A stretch of 63,851 nt of DNA, filler included, from Vicugna vicugna (taxonomy: Eukaryota): NCBI GenBank assembly GCA_013265495.1. It is 75 parts of 74 records of this genome, joined end to end, with 100 filler letters (N's around TTAATTAATTAA, not from the genome) between each part and the next. Parts side by side here need not be neighbours in the genome. Positions count along the whole stretch, not along the records: positions 61,355 to 61,853 come from MU063582.1; positions 61,954 to 62,743 come from MU063585.1; positions 62,844 to 63,633 come from MU063586.1; positions 63,734 to 63,851 come from MU063655.1; 71 more parts are not named here. One strand, written 5' to 3'. The notes beneath the pieces are model-generated. The model made no database searches, had not been told where the DNA came from, and saw only the letters and a list, made by a program, of their open reading frames with translations. The translations under genes were made by a program, and so were the position numbers. Shown here in pieces: positions 61,255 through 63,851 of this stretch. How positions within the stretch are numbered: position 1 is the stretch's first letter; every line of letters begins with the position of its first letter.

Positions 61255-62105
61255 NNNNNNNNNNNNNNNNNNNNNNNNNNNNNNNNNNNNNNNNNNNNTT
61301 AATTAATTAANNNNNNNNNNNNNNNNNNNNNNNNNNNNNNNNNNNNNNNNNNNNGCATTTTACAAAAGGAAAGAAAAGAGGCCAGAGCAAATCTGTTCAA
61401 CGTTCTTAAGTTTACAAGGTTGTATGGTCTTTCAGCAGGGTGGTTCGTCCCATATTGAGAAACCCATGTATGTTTTGGCCCCATTCACAAAGGGAAAATA
61501 TTTTTTACTTTTTCAAGGAGCTCCTGCTTGAAACTCTCTTCCCTAGTTGTTCAAAAATTCCCAACGCTTAGCAGAGAGAATTCAGAAATAGGCTGGTACT
61601 ACACTTTGGTCAACTGGGGGAATGTATGTAATCCATCTTTNNNNNNNNNNNNNNNNNNNNNNNNNTGTTGTGAATTTTCAGGAGACGGGATATATAATAT
61701 AAATCATGCCTCAAAGCACCAGGAATGGGCAACTAACTTGGCTACCGTAATGTGCCATGAGACGATAAGGCAGACTGGAGTGCACTGCACAGCGGCAGAG
61801 ACCCCACGCTTCCAGTTTATTACATGTACCTGCTTTCCAAAAAGATTTGACCANNNNNNNNNNNNNNNNNNNNNNNNNNNNNNNNNNNNNNNNNNNNTTA
61901 ATTAATTAANNNNNNNNNNNNNNNNNNNNNNNNNNNNNNNNNNNNNNNNNNNNGACATTAGTTTGCCATCTAGGTCTACAGAAACTGGCTATTCCATGTC
62001 CGAACACCTGGTCTCCCAAATTATCGACATATCCTGCACTGAGGAGAATGAATTTGGACTCGGTAACACTCCTATCTACCGAGCAAGCTGGGCACTGGAA
62101 TTGAG

Positions 62106-62677
62106 TGTTACGGAAACAACAGGCCAGCCGAGGAACAAGCACCACTCGGAGTGTTGTAGTACTCAGATTTATTATGCCGGCGGGCTCAGAGGGGCTTCTG
62201 CTCCGAAGTTCTGAGCACCTCCAAGACATGCACATGAGGTTTTAAAGGGTTAATTACAAGTATGGGGCTATTAGCCAATAAGGCTCAAAGAACAAAAAGC
62301 AAGGAATCAGTACACTGGAGCTTATCAACTTGTAATAGATCACNNNNNNNNNNNNNNNNNNNNNNNNNNNNNNNNNNCAGTTCCAAGACGTGCACATGAG
62401 GTTTTAAAGGGTTAATTACAAATAAGGGGGTATTAGCCAATAAGGCTCAAACAACAAAAAGCAAGGAATCAGTACACTGGAGCTTATCAACTTGTAATAG
62501 ATCACATTACTGACACATGTTGAGCTTGGATTTACGAGTTAGCATGTTAGCCAGGTAAACTGACACTAAACTTAAGATTTACGAGTTAGCCTGGCAAAAC
62601 TTAGAGCAGTAAACCGACACTTATCACACTTAGATATGTGACTTACCTTGTTAGCCTAGCTGGGCTTTTCCTTCACA
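62106..62677 (-). mobile_element. Solo LTR (ERV1-type) with 4-bp target-site duplication
   Basis: TG...CA termini; TGAG directly on both sides (62102-62105 and 62678-62681); AATAAA on the minus strand at 62168-62173. Confidence 0.85.
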
Positions 62678-62843
62678 TGAGGACACCTCTAACAGAGCTC
62701 GTGCCTGCCTGTTTCCCAGCATGTAAAAGGGGAATATGTACTCNNNNNNNNNNNNNNNNNNNNNNNNNNNNNNNNNNNNNNNNNNNNTTAATTAATTAAN
62801 NNNNNNNNNNNNNNNNNNNNNNNNNNNNNNNNNNNNNNNNNNN

Positions 62844-63633
62844 TGCAATCACCCCGAGCATTCCCTGGCACAGAGATATGAGGAAAACACTCAGGGAAGA
62901 CGAGCTTAGTCATTCCGTAACAACCCACGCGCTGCCGACCGTTGGTGGAACCTCCCCACGCTCAGGATTCCGGAAACATTGTCAGTGCGTGGGGGAGCTC
63001 GAGAGACAACTCCACGCAGCTCTCTTCAGTCACAGGTGTTCCCTGTTTAGGGATGTCCGAGAAATAACTTCCCTGACCTTGNNNNNNNNNNNNNNNNNNN
63101 NNNNNNNNNNNNNNNNNNNNNNNNNNNNNNNNNNNNNNNNNNNNNNNNNNNNNNNNNNNNNNNNNNNNNNNNNNNNNNNNNNNNNNNNNNNNNNNNNNNN
63201 NNNNNNNNNNNNNNNNNNNNNNNNNNNNNNNNNNNNNNNNNNNNNNNNNNNNNNNNNNNNNNNNNNNNNNNNNNNNNNNNNNNNNNNNNNNNNNNNNNNN
63301 NNNNNNNNNNNNNNNNNNNNNNNNNNNNNNNNNNNNNNNNNNNNNNNNNNNNNNNNNNNNNNNNNNNNNNNNNNNNNNNNNNNNNNNNNNNNNNNNNNNN
63401 NNNNNNNNNNNNNNNNNNNNNNNNNNNNNNNNNNNNNNNNNNNNNNNNNNNNNNNNNNNNNNNNNNNNNNNNNNNNNNNNNNNNNNNNNNNNNNNNNNNN
63501 NNNNNNNNNNNNNNNNNNNATTCCACGCAGCTCTCTTCATTCACAGGTGTTCCATGTTCGGGGAAGTCCGAGAAATATCTCCCCTGATCATGGGGAGGCA
63601 GCCTCTGACACTTGGATATCCTGCAATCACCCC
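62844..63633 (+). repeat. Satellite A (267-bp)
   Basis: A monomer on both sides of the gap. Confidence 0.95.
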
Positions 63634-63733
63634 NNNNNNNNNNNNNNNNNNNNNNNNNNNNNNNNNNNNNNNNNNNNTTAATTAATTAANNNNNNNNNNN
63701 NNNNNNNNNNNNNNNNNNNNNNNNNNNNNNNNN

Positions 63734-63851
63734 ATCGGATGCAGAACACAGAATTTTGAATATAAAATACCGAATACTCAATATTGTATTTAGAATATAG
63801 AGTGTAAAACACAGAATATAGAATAGAGAATAGAGAATAGAGAACCCAGAA
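63734..63851 (+). repeat. Satellite E (heptamer)
   Basis: ACAGAAT/ATAGAAT units. Confidence 0.9.

Noticed and set aside
1..63851. Any gene-cluster or neighbourhood interpretation across the window
   Set aside because: Scaffold order is arbitrary, so only within-scaffold adjacency is informative.

Overview
This window is not contiguous genome. It is a concatenation of about 75 small unplaced scaffolds (0.1-1.6 kb, many with internal gaps) joined by an artificial 100-bp spacer (44 N + TTAATTAATTAA + 44 N), so adjacency across spacers has no biological meaning. The DNA is mammalian and most likely camelid (inferred from Vic-1-type tRNA-derived SINEs and the laurasiatherian L1, MIR, L2, Tigger1 and MER58 content). 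Over 40% of the scaffolds (32 of ~75) are satellite DNA: (A) a GC-rich 267-bp monomer; (B) an AT-rich ~740-bp trimer of ~247-bp subunits; (C) a CpG-depleted ~266-bp relative of A with higher-order structure; (D) a ~248-bp relative of B; (E) an (ATAGAAT)n-type heptamer satellite. The rest holds L1, ERV, LTR and DNA-transposon fragments, a telomere-repeat junction, and intron-flanked decayed gene fragments: three ANO6 (TMEM16F) exon copies, an ADGRB1 (BAI1) first coding exon, and a TRAV24-like TCR V pseudogene. I see no intact protein-coding gene, CRISPR array or prokaryotic system. The most interesting signals are the apparently amplified ANO6 fragments, the duplicated ADGRB1 exon, and evidence that satellites A-D form one superfamily. 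Gene and repeat identifications come from recalled sequences, not from database searches.
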